A DNA stretch of 41,974 bases from contig JAVVEA010000023.1 in NCBI GenBank assembly GCA_032250835.1, forward strand, positions 1 to 41,974, read 5' to 3'. Positions 25,263 through 35,146 of this stretch are shown one piece after another. Source of the stretch: a bacterium. GTDB lineage: Bacteria; SAR324; XYD2-FULL-50-16. Each line of letters starts with the position of its first letter. Within the stretch, counting starts at the first letter, position 1. Under the pieces are notes generated by a model that worked only from the letters and a program-made list of their open reading frames with translations, searched no databases and was not told where the DNA came from. The position numbers were made by a program, and so were the translations under genes.

Positions 25263-25715
25263 ATGGCAAACGCACAGGTAGGCGACCGCGTTAAGGTACA
25301 CTATAAAGGGTTTTTAGAGAACGGCGAGCAGTTTGACTCTTCTGAAGGCCAAGATCCCCTTGAATTCGTCCTGGGCGAACAAATGGTGATCCAAGGCTTT
25401 GATCAAGGTGTTTTGGGTATGGACATCGGCGAGACCCGCAAACTGACCATCCCCCCCGAAGAAGCGTATGGTGCCCGCAACGACCAATTGATTGGCGAAG
25501 TGGAGAAAGACCAACTCCCCCAAGACGAGCCCCCCGAAGTGGGTATGGTCTATAACCTAAACACGCCCCAAGGCCCCTTCCCGGTACGCGTGGTTGATGT
25601 GGCCGAAAAAACGGTTACCCTAGACGGCAACCATCCCTTGGCTGACCAAACCTTGATCTTCGAAATCGAATTAGTCGAAGTTGATGGACCCAAGATCGAC
25701 ATCATGGCTCCTTAG
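25263..25715 (+). CDS. FKBP-type peptidyl-prolyl isomerase (SlyD/SlpA-like with IF domain, no His-rich tail)
   Basis: VKVHYKG...FDSS...PLEF...PEEAYG...LDGNHPLA...LIFEIE. Confidence 0.93.
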   Translation: MANAQVGDRVKVHYKGFLENGEQFDSSEGQDPLEFVLGEQMVIQGFDQGVLGMDIGETRKLTIPPEEAYGARNDQLIGEVEKDQLPQDEPPEVGMVYNLNTPQGPFPVRVVDVAEKTVTLDGNHPLADQTLIFEIELVEVDGPKIDIMAP

Positions 25716-25944
25716 AGCTAGCCTTGTCTGGGCCTTGGAGCCTAGATGATTGATTGAGCCCCGGCGAACCTTTAGGTTGGTCGGGGCTTTTTTTTTGTCG
25801 GTTCTGCGGGGCAGCGTCGGGGGTCGGTGGTAAGGGCCTAGATTGCCAGTCCAGATAGATCATAAAGCCCGCCGCCGTCAGCAGGACCAACAAACAGCCG
25901 GTGGCAATGAAACCTCTTTGCCCCGGCGCGCGCTTAGAAGACAT
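25702..25944 (-). CDS. Small single-TM hypothetical protein
   Basis: Hydrophobic segment GFIATGCLLVLLTAAGFMIYL; starts 17 nt after the TPR gene stop. Confidence 0.5.
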   Translation of the reverse strand: MSSKRAPGQRGFIATGCLLVLLTAAGFMIYLDWQSRPLPPTPDAAPQNRQKKSPDQPKGSPGLNQSSRLQGPDKASSKEP

Positions 25945-25961
25945 AGATAGCGGGCCCCGGC

Positions 25962-28856
25962 TTAGTTAAGCGAGGCGTCGGGGGTGCGGTTTAGGTATTT
26001 ATCAAATTGCAGGTCGTTGAGCATGGCTTTGCGGCTTTCGACGGCCAAGGGCCCCCACAAAGCTTCGGGATAGTCTTTGGCCTCTGCTTCTAGGGCCTCA
26101 AAGATTTTTAGGGCTTTGTCTTTTTGGTTGTAGCGGACAAATATTTGTCCCTTTTGGTACTTCGCCCAAGGGGTCTTGGCGCTCTTGGGGAATAGCTTGA
26201 TCGCTTTTTCGTAGGTTTCCATCGCCTCGGGCATCTGGTTGAGCTCGTAGAAGAGGTTCCCCATCACAAAATAGGTGTCCACGATGTACTCGGACACCTG
26301 CTCGTCTTGGAGCGGGTGCTCGTAGGTCGATAGGGCCGTTTGGTAGCTCATGATGGCGTTGTCGTATTGACCAATTGCTTGATAAACGTTGCCCAGCGCA
26401 AACCAGCAAGCCGGGATGATCTCGCGTTCCAAAGGGTTTTCGGACTCCTGATAGTCGCGGATCGTTTGGTTGTAGATGCGGATCGCCCGGTCCACCCGGT
26501 CAAACTTATGGACCTTATAATAAGCATCGCCCAGCGCCTTTTTGACCACAGGCGTATAGGTATGGTTCGGGTAAGAGACGATAAAATCGCCGTAAACCTG
26601 TTGGGCCTCGTCAGGCATCTCTTTGGCCTCTAAGATTTGTCCTTTGCTATACATCACCAAACTGGCCAAGGGGTCTTTCTTGTCCTTTAAGATCTGGTCC
26701 ATGATCTGTAGGGCCTTATCCTGCAACCCCAGGCGGTAATAGCTGTCGGCCAACAAAAAGAGCGGGGCCCGGTCCAAAATAGGCTCTACGCGGATTTGGA
26801 ATTCGTCTTCTTGACCTTGAACATAACATTTCGACTCTGTGGGGCGCACAAAATAGGTCCGCTCGTATTGTTCGTAGACCCCTAGGGCGTCTAAGTAGCG
26901 GCCTTGGTTGTAATAGTCGGTGATGTACCCGGTGATGGTGTCCAAGATCCGGTCATGGATGATCCGGTTTTTAACGTAGAGATTTTCAGGATACTTGCCG
27001 CAAAAGTTTTCCAAAGCCACCACCGCATCGGGGTAGTGGTGGAAGAGAGCCAAGGTCAAGCCTTTGCGCAACATCGCTTCTTCGACCTGATCCGAAAGGG
27101 GGTGCTTCTCGGTGATGAAGTCGTAGATTTCCAGCGCTTCTTTATAAGGCTTCTTCTCGGGCATCTCCGCCTTAAGGTTGGCGATACGCATCTTGCCGAT
27201 CAAAAGCAATTCTTTGGTATATTTGACTATCGCCCGTTCGTAGGCCTTGATGGCGTCTTGAACCTTATCTTCGGCCCGTAAGAAGTCACCGATGCGGATG
27301 GCCACCAAGTTACTAAACGACTCGTTGGGGTACAGGTCGATTAGCTGTTCGTAGATCGCCCTAGCGGTGTGGAAATCTCGGTTCTCAAAATAGGCCTCAC
27401 CCATGTGGAACATCAGTTCCGGGTCGGTCTTCATATAGGCCCCGTTCATGCTCCAAGCCCGGTCGAAGCTGTCTTTAGCTTCCTTAAAACGTTTGATCTG
27501 GAACTGTGCCTCGCCGGTTTTATACAGCGCGATAGGCACCTGGGGGGCGGTGGCGTTTTCTTTGATGAACCGCTTGAAGGTGTCGATAGACTTTTCGTAG
27601 CGGTACATATTCAGGTGCAATAAACCCTGATTAAAGAGCGCCTCAGAAGAATAGGGCGACTCGGGGTAAAATTGCAGGATGATCTCAAACTGGTTGAAGG
27701 CGTCGGTATAAAACTTTTGGTCCAGGTAGGTTCGGCCCATATTAAAATAGGCCCGAGGTACGTCTTCATATCCCTTGTCGGCTACCAGGGCTGCGTTGAC
27801 TGCCGCGCGGTACTCCTGCACCACAAATTCGTGGTTCGGCTCTTTTTGGGCTAGTTCCCATTGGTAATAAGAGTCTGCCGAGCGGAAGGCGGCGCGCACC
27901 CCGATTTCTGATTCGGGCGCAAAGTTGTAGATGTTTTTAAACATCAAGCCCGACTTCTTAAACCGCCCCATCCGGTATTGCTGTTCCGCCTCTTCCAGCT
28001 TTTTATTGACGAACTCTTGGCGGGCCGCCTCATCTTCGTTCTTCTTTTCGGCCTCCACCTGGGCCTTGGTGGTCAGGATTTCCTGCTTCGAAAGGGGGAT
28101 TTCCTTGTCTTCGGTTAATTCTAGGATCACTCTGGGCGGGCCGGTCAGTGTTTTCTTTTCTACCTTGAGGACATATTCCTTGGGCCTAATCACCATCAAC
28201 AGATACTTGCCCCGGTTTTCTACCTCGACCCCTTTGAGCATATCGGTCGGCGCACCAGGGACGATCAAACCGTCGGTCATGCGCGCACCGATCATGCGGA
28301 CCTTGACCAACCCGCCGGGGGTGGTGTTGTCGCGGATGATGTCGTATTGGACCGGTTTGTCGAAGGTTAAGATCAGTGATTCTTTGGCCGGAGCCAATTC
28401 GCGCAGCATATCCACCAACTCGACCCCGGCATATTGGTCTTTGGCTTGGACGGGCTTATCAAACTGGACCTTGATCAGCTTCGAGCCCTTCGGCTGGGGC
28501 AGGACCTTATAGGTCAGGTTGTCGTGTTTGGCGCGGACTTTGACCCAATATTCCCCCCGGTCCACCTTCTGGATTTGCACCCCAGAGAGTAGCGGGTCGC
28601 GGAAGACGATCAGGTCGCTGATCTCACCGAGCTTGGTGCCCCGGAATTTGACGATAAAGACTTTGGAACTGAGATTTTCGACGATCTCATAGTCCGGCGG
28701 CTCGAAGCTTTCTAAGGTAAGAACGGTACGTAGGTCCCCGTCGGGCTGGTTGGAGATCCGGTCCAGATAGTTTTGCGGCTCTGCATTCTGGGCCCAAATG
28801 GGCATCGAATAACAAAGGAAAACAATAAGAAAGAGTAGTCTGCGCGGTCTGAACAT
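25962..28856 (-). CDS. Exported large TPR protein with N-terminal AMIN-like beta domains
   Basis: Signal peptide (IWA-Q); two ~110-aa beta-rich repeats, a coiled coil, then many YPxS-type TPRs (CpoB/BamD-like). Confidence 0.85.
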   Translation of the reverse strand: MFRPRRLLFLIVFLCYSMPIWAQNAEPQNYLDRISNQPDGDLRTVLTLESFEPPDYEIVENLSSKVFIVKFRGTKLGEISDLIVFRDPLLSGVQIQKVDRGEYWVKVRAKHDNLTYKVLPQPKGSKLIKVQFDKPVQAKDQYAGVELVDMLRELAPAKESLILTFDKPVQYDIIRDNTTPGGLVKVRMIGARMTDGLIVPGAPTDMLKGVEVENRGKYLLMVIRPKEYVLKVEKKTLTGPPRVILELTEDKEIPLSKQEILTTKAQVEAEKKNEDEAARQEFVNKKLEEAEQQYRMGRFKKSGLMFKNIYNFAPESEIGVRAAFRSADSYYQWELAQKEPNHEFVVQEYRAAVNAALVADKGYEDVPRAYFNMGRTYLDQKFYTDAFNQFEIILQFYPESPYSSEALFNQGLLHLNMYRYEKSIDTFKRFIKENATAPQVPIALYKTGEAQFQIKRFKEAKDSFDRAWSMNGAYMKTDPELMFHMGEAYFENRDFHTARAIYEQLIDLYPNESFSNLVAIRIGDFLRAEDKVQDAIKAYERAIVKYTKELLLIGKMRIANLKAEMPEKKPYKEALEIYDFITEKHPLSDQVEEAMLRKGLTLALFHHYPDAVVALENFCGKYPENLYVKNRIIHDRILDTITGYITDYYNQGRYLDALGVYEQYERTYFVRPTESKCYVQGQEDEFQIRVEPILDRAPLFLLADSYYRLGLQDKALQIMDQILKDKKDPLASLVMYSKGQILEAKEMPDEAQQVYGDFIVSYPNHTYTPVVKKALGDAYYKVHKFDRVDRAIRIYNQTIRDYQESENPLEREIIPACWFALGNVYQAIGQYDNAIMSYQTALSTYEHPLQDEQVSEYIVDTYFVMGNLFYELNQMPEAMETYEKAIKLFPKSAKTPWAKYQKGQIFVRYNQKDKALKIFEALEAEAKDYPEALWGPLAVESRKAMLNDLQFDKYLNRTPDASLN

Positions 28857-28913
28857 TCTGGCCCTTAGTGGTTAACTCCCCTTAAGGAAAGCAAAAGCCT
28901 TGCCCAAACGAGG

Positions 28914-29375
28914 TCAGCGGCTTGGGGCCTCTTCGTAAATGGAGTTTTGTTGGTGGATTTCATAGAAACCTTCGAGCTTAAAGGCCTGTTTGTCCTCCTC
29001 GCTCCATCCACGGATCATGATGCATTCGCCCTGAAAGAGCGCGCCGTCTTCGATGGAAAAATCACTGGAGTAGATCAACCCTTCGATCCGTCCTGGGTTA
29101 AGTAACTCCAAGCGCTCTACTGCCTTGATATTGCCGCAGAGACTACCCGATACAATCACTTCGTCGGCGACGATGTTCGCCTCTACCTGGGCGTTTTCGG
29201 TGATGATCACTTTGCTGGGTAGGCCGGGTTTGCAAAGAATCTCCCCATGCAGTACCCCGTCGATGCGTAAGACTCCCTCAAAGCGAATGCGCCCTTCAAA
29301 GCGGCTCCCCGCGCCCAGCAAGCCCGAAAGTAGGGCCTCTGGTTTCTTTTCGACGGTCTTCTTGGACTTGCTCAT
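28914..29375 (-). CDS. Bactofilin (polymer-forming cytoskeletal protein, CcmA family)
   Basis: FEGRIRFEGVLRIDG...VIVSGSLCGNIKA..RLEL...IEDGALFQGECIM beta-helix. Confidence 0.92.
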   Translation of the reverse strand: MSKSKKTVEKKPEALLSGLLGAGSRFEGRIRFEGVLRIDGVLHGEILCKPGLPSKVIITENAQVEANIVADEVIVSGSLCGNIKAVERLELLNPGRIEGLIYSSDFSIEDGALFQGECIMIRGWSEEDKQAFKLEGFYEIHQQNSIYEEAPSR

Positions 29376-29382
29376 GGATGCC

Positions 29383-30156
29383 TTATTCTAAGAAGATGGC
29401 TTTATCCAAGGGGTGGGCCGAGCGGTTTAGCAGGGTTCCCTTGTAAGAATAAATAAATACCATCGCATGGGTATAATACTCGTTGGCTTCCTTGAGGGCA
29501 AGGTTTTGGGTGATGGTCTTTTTATTGCCCTTGGCTTTTAAGAAGTATTGGCGTCCCTGTTTGTAGCTCGAAGGGAACCCTTTTTCCCCTAAGGGACCGC
29601 CGGTAGCCGAAACGTATAGGGTCGGGGCTTGGTCTTCGTTGGCTAAGGTGATGCAGAGGTAGCCGCCCACCGGTTGGTCCGGGTTGGAGCGGTTGGACAT
29701 AGAGACCGAAAGTTCTAGCTGGTCGCCGATCACCTCGGCTTTGAGCTGGGCCACCTCGACAGCGCTCCCTTCTTGGATCTCCTCAAAGCTCAAGCCGGAG
29801 CTACGTTGGTCCCAGATGTCTGCGGTGCTCAACTCTTCTTGCTTGGCCAAGGAATCTTTTAACAACCGCCGCCCAGCCCCTTCTTGTCCGGCGGCGTAGT
29901 ATTTTTGGTCCAGCTCCCGCACTTGCTGGCTCAGCTGGCTCATCTTCTCGTCGCTTTGGATCAACTGATGACGCATCTTGCGGTTTTGGGCCCGGACCAC
30001 CAAATAGTCGATGGAGGCGTAGAGCAGAAGACCGGCGATCACCGCCGCGAGCACCGTCAAGATCCCGACCTTGCGCTTCTCTATAGTGAAGCTTAAGGGG
30101 ATGCCGAAGTTGCGGACAATGGTGACCGTGTAGATTTCCTTTTTGTCTCGATCCAT
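29383..30156 (-). CDS. Membrane-anchored coiled-coil protein with C-terminal beta domain
   Basis: YTVTIV...TM...coiled coil like the N-termini of M23 proteins that precede bactofilins, but no HxxxD/HxH motif is seen. Confidence 0.7.
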   Translation of the reverse strand: MDRDKKEIYTVTIVRNFGIPLSFTIEKRKVGILTVLAAVIAGLLLYASIDYLVVRAQNRKMRHQLIQSDEKMSQLSQQVRELDQKYYAAGQEGAGRRLLKDSLAKQEELSTADIWDQRSSGLSFEEIQEGSAVEVAQLKAEVIGDQLELSVSMSNRSNPDQPVGGYLCITLANEDQAPTLYVSATGGPLGEKGFPSSYKQGRQYFLKAKGNKKTITQNLALKEANEYYTHAMVFIYSYKGTLLNRSAHPLDKAIFLE

Positions 30157-30157
30157 T

Positions 30158-32533
30158 TTACCTTAGCTGAAAACCCCGTTCGGCCAGAGCAGCAATCAAG
30201 CCCTCTTGCAGATTTTTGGTCTCTTCGGCGCTTAGGGTGCGGTCTTGGGCGCGGAACTGTAGACCTACCGAAAGGCTCTTATCTTCGCCCAGTTCCTTGG
30301 CGTAATAGACGTCCAAAAAGCGGACTCCGCACACCAGGGGATTATAGGACTCAATGGCCCGGGCCACTTCTTGATACCTTACCCGTTTGGGCACCAAAAG
30401 GGATAACTCAAAGTTCACCGCCGGGAAGCGCGAGGGCTCCTCAAAGAAATACTCGGCCTTGTTTTGGGCGAAGAGGGCGTCGAAGTCCAATTGGCAAAGC
30501 ACTACCTCACCCTTGAGGTCAAAGCTGCGGTAACCCTTCGGCGAAAGCCCAAAGAGGCTACCTAGGTGGGTTTGCGCGCTGTACACCTCGGCGGCAATGT
30601 AGGGGTGTTGGTAGTCTGGGGGGTTCCTGAGGGGCTCAAAGCGCAACTGGGGGATTTGCAGGCTCCCGAGCAGGTCGATCAGGTCGGCCTTGAGGCTATA
30701 AAAGGCCTTGCCAGGCTCTGCGCCGGGCTCGACGGCGCGCGCTAGGGCCAACCGGTTGGGCTCAAAGGGACCTTCGGGGCCGTAATGGTAGATGCGGCTT
30801 AATTCAAAGAGTTTAAAGTCCCGGCCCAATTTCTGGTTGGCGTGGATGCGCTGGGCCAGGTGGGGCAGCAGGCTGGTGCGCATCCGGTCCTGGGTCTCGA
30901 TGACCGGGTTGAGCAGCACCAATTGGGGGTCTTGGCTCAGGCCAAAGGGCGCTTCGGTGCTTTCTTGGGTCAGCGGATAAGAATAGATTTCATGAAAGCC
31001 CAGCTGAGCCAGCGCCTTTTTGCAGCGCGTCTCCGTTTGGCGCAACCGGTTAAACTGGGGCCGTTCGACCGGAAAGAGTGCCGCCTGGGGCTCGATCTTC
31101 TCCAGCCCAAAAATCCGGCCCACGTCCTCGGCCACATCCTGGGGGATGCTGAGGTCTTTAGCGCGGCGCGCTGGCGGCACCGTTAAGGTGAGGCGGTCAC
31201 CCTGAGCCTGGATGTCATAACCGAGCCGGTCTAAGATCCGGTCGATCTCTTTGGGGTCGATCTGGGTGCCCAAAAGGTGGTTGATGAACCCATAGCTCAA
31301 GTGCACTTGCACCTCGGGGTATTCTAGGCCCCAATGGTCGCTCAGTCCGCCCTTGGGCTTTAAGTCTGGGCAGGTGTGGGTCAGTAGTTCTAGGGCACGC
31401 CAGATAGCCGGTTCGGTCGTCTCGGGGGCTAGGGCCTTCTCGAAGCGTTGGCTGGCGTCGGTGCGCAGACCGATACGAGCCGCGCTTTTGCGCACCGTCA
31501 CCGGTTCCCAGTTGGCGGCTTCTAAGAAACAGCTGGTCGCAGTTGCGGCGACGCCCGAATCCAGCCCGCCGATCACCCCGGCCACCACGCTAGGCCCGGC
31601 GGCATCGGCAATGGTCAGGTCTTCGGTAGTTAAGGTGACTTCCTTTTGGTAAAGGGTCATCAACTTTTCGCCTTGGCCCCGGCGGATCGTCAGTTGGTTC
31701 CCGGCGATTTTAGAGCCGTCAAAGGCGTGCATCGGCTGGCCCAATTCACACATCACATAGTTGGTCACGTCCACCAAGTTGTTGATCGGACGTAGGCCTA
31801 CGCGGTGCAGCCGGTGGCGCATGGCGGGGGTAGAGGGCTTGACGGCCAATCCCTCAACGAACAAGCCCGTATAGCGCGGCACCAGTTCGGGCACCTCGAC
31901 TTTTACCTGAATCGGGCAAGGGCCTCCGTCTAGGCTCGGCGGTGAGGCGGGATAGGGCTTTAAGGGGACGTCAAAGACCGCCGAAAACTCACGGGCAAAG
32001 CCATAGTGGCCCCAGAGGTCGGGACGGTGGGTGACCGACTTGTTGTCGATTTCCAAAACCCAGTCCAGTTGGTCTGGGAAAAGCTCCGAAAGTGCGGTGC
32101 CCGGCTGGGTTTCTGGGGGCAGCAGCATCAAACCGTCGTGGTCCTCGCCAAAGCCTAGTTCGTCTTCGGCGCAGAGCATGCCTAAAGATTCAACGCCCCG
32201 GATTTTGGCCTTTTTGATCTCAAAACCGCCGGGCAGAACACAGCCCAAACCGGCGTAGGCGACCATAGCTCCCACGTCAAAGTTGTGGGCACCGCAGACC
32301 AATTCGATTTGACCCTGGCCGTGGTCCACCGTAACCAAACGCAGCTTCTCGGCGTCTGGGTGGGGGCGTAGGGAAAGTACCTTGGCGGCGAAGACTTGGC
32401 TCAGGTGGGCCCCGGTGATCTCGACGCCTTCCACCTCGCAGATGCGCAGGGTCATCAGGCGGCTAAAAGCGGCGGGCTCAAGGTCCTGAGGCAGGTCGAC
32501 AAATTCTTGGATCCAGTTTTTGCTGATCTTCAT
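30158..32533 (-). CDS. pheT: Phenylalanine-tRNA ligase beta subunit
   Basis: MKISKNWI, HPDAEKL, IRGVESLGMLC, INNLVDVTNYVMCELGQPMHAFD, RMRTSL, DRTLS. Confidence 0.97.
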   Translation of the reverse strand: MKISKNWIQEFVDLPQDLEPAAFSRLMTLRICEVEGVEITGAHLSQVFAAKVLSLRPHPDAEKLRLVTVDHGQGQIELVCGAHNFDVGAMVAYAGLGCVLPGGFEIKKAKIRGVESLGMLCAEDELGFGEDHDGLMLLPPETQPGTALSELFPDQLDWVLEIDNKSVTHRPDLWGHYGFAREFSAVFDVPLKPYPASPPSLDGGPCPIQVKVEVPELVPRYTGLFVEGLAVKPSTPAMRHRLHRVGLRPINNLVDVTNYVMCELGQPMHAFDGSKIAGNQLTIRRGQGEKLMTLYQKEVTLTTEDLTIADAAGPSVVAGVIGGLDSGVAATATSCFLEAANWEPVTVRKSAARIGLRTDASQRFEKALAPETTEPAIWRALELLTHTCPDLKPKGGLSDHWGLEYPEVQVHLSYGFINHLLGTQIDPKEIDRILDRLGYDIQAQGDRLTLTVPPARRAKDLSIPQDVAEDVGRIFGLEKIEPQAALFPVERPQFNRLRQTETRCKKALAQLGFHEIYSYPLTQESTEAPFGLSQDPQLVLLNPVIETQDRMRTSLLPHLAQRIHANQKLGRDFKLFELSRIYHYGPEGPFEPNRLALARAVEPGAEPGKAFYSLKADLIDLLGSLQIPQLRFEPLRNPPDYQHPYIAAEVYSAQTHLGSLFGLSPKGYRSFDLKGEVVLCQLDFDALFAQNKAEYFFEEPSRFPAVNFELSLLVPKRVRYQEVARAIESYNPLVCGVRFLDVYYAKELGEDKSLSVGLQFRAQDRTLSAEETKNLQEGLIAALAERGFQLR

Positions 32534-32536
32534 GGG

Positions 32537-33583
32537 TTAAAATACTCGATAGCCCGAAGCGGTGGAGAAACGACGATTAAAGCTCAGGTCGCCGTTGTGC
32601 AGATGCCGGATGTCGCTGATTCCGTAACGCTGCATGGCCAAGCGGTCGGTGCCCATCCCAAAGGCAAAGCCCGAATAGACCTCCGGGTCGATCCCGCCAG
32701 CCTTTAAGACGTTGGGGTGGACCATGCCGCAGCCTAGTAGCTCGACCCAGCCCAGCTTTTTACAGGCCGGACAGCCGTCGCCGCCGCAGATCAAACAGGC
32801 AATTTCCAGCTCAAAGCCGGGCTCGACGAAGGGGAAGTATCCGGGGCGCAGCCGCACTTCGACTTCGCGCTCAAAAACTTCTGAAAGCATCACTTTCATG
32901 CTGTGGATCAAATGCCCGACGTTGATGCCCTTGTCGATCATCATCCCTTCAATCTGGTGGAAGCAGGCCTCGTGGGTGGCGTCGAGCCGCTCGCAGCGGA
33001 AGACCTTACCGGTCGAGACGATCCGCAAGGGCGGCTTCATCTGCTCCATGCCATGGATTTGCACCGGGCTGGTCTGGGTGCGCAGCAAGTGGCCAGATTT
33101 AAAAAAGAAGGTGTCGTGCATGTCCCGGGCGGGATGGTGCGGGTCGAAGTTGAGGGCTTCGAAGTTGTAATAGTCCGTCTCGACGTGCGGGCCGTCCAAG
33201 ATGCTGTAGCCCATGGCCTCGAAGATTTCCTCTAGCCGCTGGTGCACCAAGGTGATCGGGTGCAGGCTGCCCGCTTCGCGCCCTTCGGGGTTTAGGCTGA
33301 TGTCGATCCATTGGTCTTCGACCAAGCGGGCCGCTTCGGCGTCTTTGATGGCTTCGGTCCGGGCTTCTAGGCCCTGGGCGATTTGTTGCTTGAGTTCGTT
33401 GATGCCCTTGCCGGCGGCGGCCTTCTCTTCGTTGCTTAAGGACTTGAGCCCGGCCATTAGTTCTTGGACCTCGCCCTTTTTGCCTAAAAAACGGACCTTT
33501 AGGGCTTCAATGGCCTTGGAGTCTTGGGCCTGGCTCAAGGCTAACTCAAAAGCGCTCAAGATGGACTGTAGTTGCGTTAACAT
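32537..33583 (-). CDS. pheS: Phenylalanine-tRNA ligase alpha subunit
   Basis: GSLHP, NFEALN, HPARDMHDTF, LLRTQTS, FHQIEG, YFPFVEP, GCGMVHP, GFAFGMG. Confidence 0.98.
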   Translation of the reverse strand: MLTQLQSILSAFELALSQAQDSKAIEALKVRFLGKKGEVQELMAGLKSLSNEEKAAAGKGINELKQQIAQGLEARTEAIKDAEAARLVEDQWIDISLNPEGREAGSLHPITLVHQRLEEIFEAMGYSILDGPHVETDYYNFEALNFDPHHPARDMHDTFFFKSGHLLRTQTSPVQIHGMEQMKPPLRIVSTGKVFRCERLDATHEACFHQIEGMMIDKGINVGHLIHSMKVMLSEVFEREVEVRLRPGYFPFVEPGFELEIACLICGGDGCPACKKLGWVELLGCGMVHPNVLKAGGIDPEVYSGFAFGMGTDRLAMQRYGISDIRHLHNGDLSFNRRFSTASGYRVF

Positions 33584-33590
33584 AGGGTCC

Positions 33591-35048
33591 TTAAATCGCC
33601 AAAGCCGGTTTGCTTAAGCCCAATTCCCGCTCGAAGGCGTGGGCGATGCCGAGCAGTTTGGTTTCTTCAAAATGGTTGCCTAGAAGCTGCAATCCTACCG
33701 GCAGCCCTGAGGCAAACCCACCGGGCAGGCTGATGCCGGGGATACCCGCCAAGTTGGCCGGGATGGTGAAGGCGTCGGCCAGATAGTTCTTTAAGGGATC
33801 GTCCACCTGTTCGCCGATCTTAAAGGCTAAGGTCGGGCTGACCGGGCTGGCGATGGCGTCTACCTGCTCAAAGGCGGCGCGGTATTGGGCACGGATCAGG
33901 TTTTGGACCTTAAGGGCCTTTAGGTAATAGGCGTCATAATAGCCCGCCGAAAGCGCAAAGGTGCCCAGCAAGATGCGTAACTTGACCTCTTGGCCCAGCG
34001 CTTGGTCCCGGCTCATTTCGTAGACCTCGGCCAAATTCTTAGCCTCGGCGGCGCGGTGGCCGTAACGCACGCCGTCATAGCGGCCTAAGTTGCTGCTGGC
34101 CTCACTAGGCGCGATCACATAATAGGTGGCCACGGCGTGGGAGATGTTGGGGATGCTGACCTCTTGGATCTCGGCCCCGGCGGCGATTAAGGTCTTGAGG
34201 TTGTCTTCATAGACGGCGACTACTTCGCGGTCTGCTAAGCCCAGATCAAGTTCTTTGATCACGCCAATCTTTTTGCCCTTCAGGTTGCGGCCCAGTTCGG
34301 CCCCAAAGTCGGGCACCGGTACCTTGGCGCTGGTTAGGTCGTGGTCGTCGGGGCCGCAGATGGCGTTTAAGATCAGGGCCGCATCGGTGACGTCTTGGGT
34401 CATGGGACCGGCTTGGTCCAAAGAACTAGCAAAGGCCACCATGCCCCAGCGAGAAACCCGGCCATAGGTGGGCTTGACCCCCACAATGCCGGTGAAGCTG
34501 GCGGGCTGGCGGATCGAGCCGCCCGTATCGGTGCCGATAGCGGCCAGGGCTTGGCCTGCGGCGACTGCCGAAGCACTACCGCCCGAAGACCCACCGGGGA
34601 CTCGGCTTAAGTCCCAAGGATTGCGCGTCGGGCCGAAGGCGCTGTTCTCAGTGCCCGAACCCATGGCGAACTCGTCCATGTTGGTTTTGCCGATCATGGC
34701 ATACCCGGCGGCCATCAGCTTGGCGGTGACCGTAGATTCGTAGGGTGCCTTGTAGGTCTCTAGGTATTTGCTGCCACAGGTGGTGAGGGTACCTTTGACA
34801 TTAAAGATGTCTTTGACGGCAATGGGCATGCCCTCTAGAGGGCCCAAGCTACCGCCTTGTGACTGCTTTTGGTCTGCTTGGCGCGCCTGTTGGAGAGCGG
34901 CTTCCTGATTGAGCATCAAAAAGCTGTTCAATTGGGGCTCGGTGGCCTCAATGCGCTGGATCACCGCAGCGGTGATTTGCTCGGTGGTGGTCTCACCGGC
35001 CTGACGCATTTGGTGCAGGCGGTGGATCGGCAGGTGGTAGAGCTTCAT
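33591..35048 (-). CDS. gatA: Asp/Glu-tRNA(Asn/Gln) amidotransferase subunit A
   Basis: GKTNMDEFAMGS, PGGSSGGSA, GTDTGGSIRQPA, EASSNLGRYDGVRYG, GYYDAYYLKA. Confidence 0.97.
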   Translation of the reverse strand: MKLYHLPIHRLHQMRQAGETTTEQITAAVIQRIEATEPQLNSFLMLNQEAALQQARQADQKQSQGGSLGPLEGMPIAVKDIFNVKGTLTTCGSKYLETYKAPYESTVTAKLMAAGYAMIGKTNMDEFAMGSGTENSAFGPTRNPWDLSRVPGGSSGGSASAVAAGQALAAIGTDTGGSIRQPASFTGIVGVKPTYGRVSRWGMVAFASSLDQAGPMTQDVTDAALILNAICGPDDHDLTSAKVPVPDFGAELGRNLKGKKIGVIKELDLGLADREVVAVYEDNLKTLIAAGAEIQEVSIPNISHAVATYYVIAPSEASSNLGRYDGVRYGHRAAEAKNLAEVYEMSRDQALGQEVKLRILLGTFALSAGYYDAYYLKALKVQNLIRAQYRAAFEQVDAIASPVSPTLAFKIGEQVDDPLKNYLADAFTIPANLAGIPGISLPGGFASGLPVGLQLLGNHFEETKLLGIAHAFERELGLSKPALAI

Positions 35049-35121
35049 TCTCGGGAGTAGGGCGGAAAAGATTGCCAGATCGGTTTAAGGCCCACTTATA
35101 GCCCCAATTGCCCCCCTGTGG

Positions 35122-35142
35122 CAAGCCCCCTGAGGGGGCTTG
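35122..35142. terminator. GC-rich hairpin just after the rlmKL stop (no U-tract)
   Basis: CAAGCCCCC-TGA-GGGGGCTTG perfect 9-bp stem. Confidence 0.4.
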
Positions 35143-35146
35143 TACC

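Noticed and set aside
24476-25281. ORFs 24476-24718, 24534-24725, 24565-24777 and 24985-25281
   Set aside because: They are translations of the GC-rich repeats (RLASLRPSP-type text), with no RBS or domain.
32715-32800. CxxC...CxxC insert in PheS
   Set aside because: A common zinc-ribbon feature of many bacterial PheS proteins, not novel.
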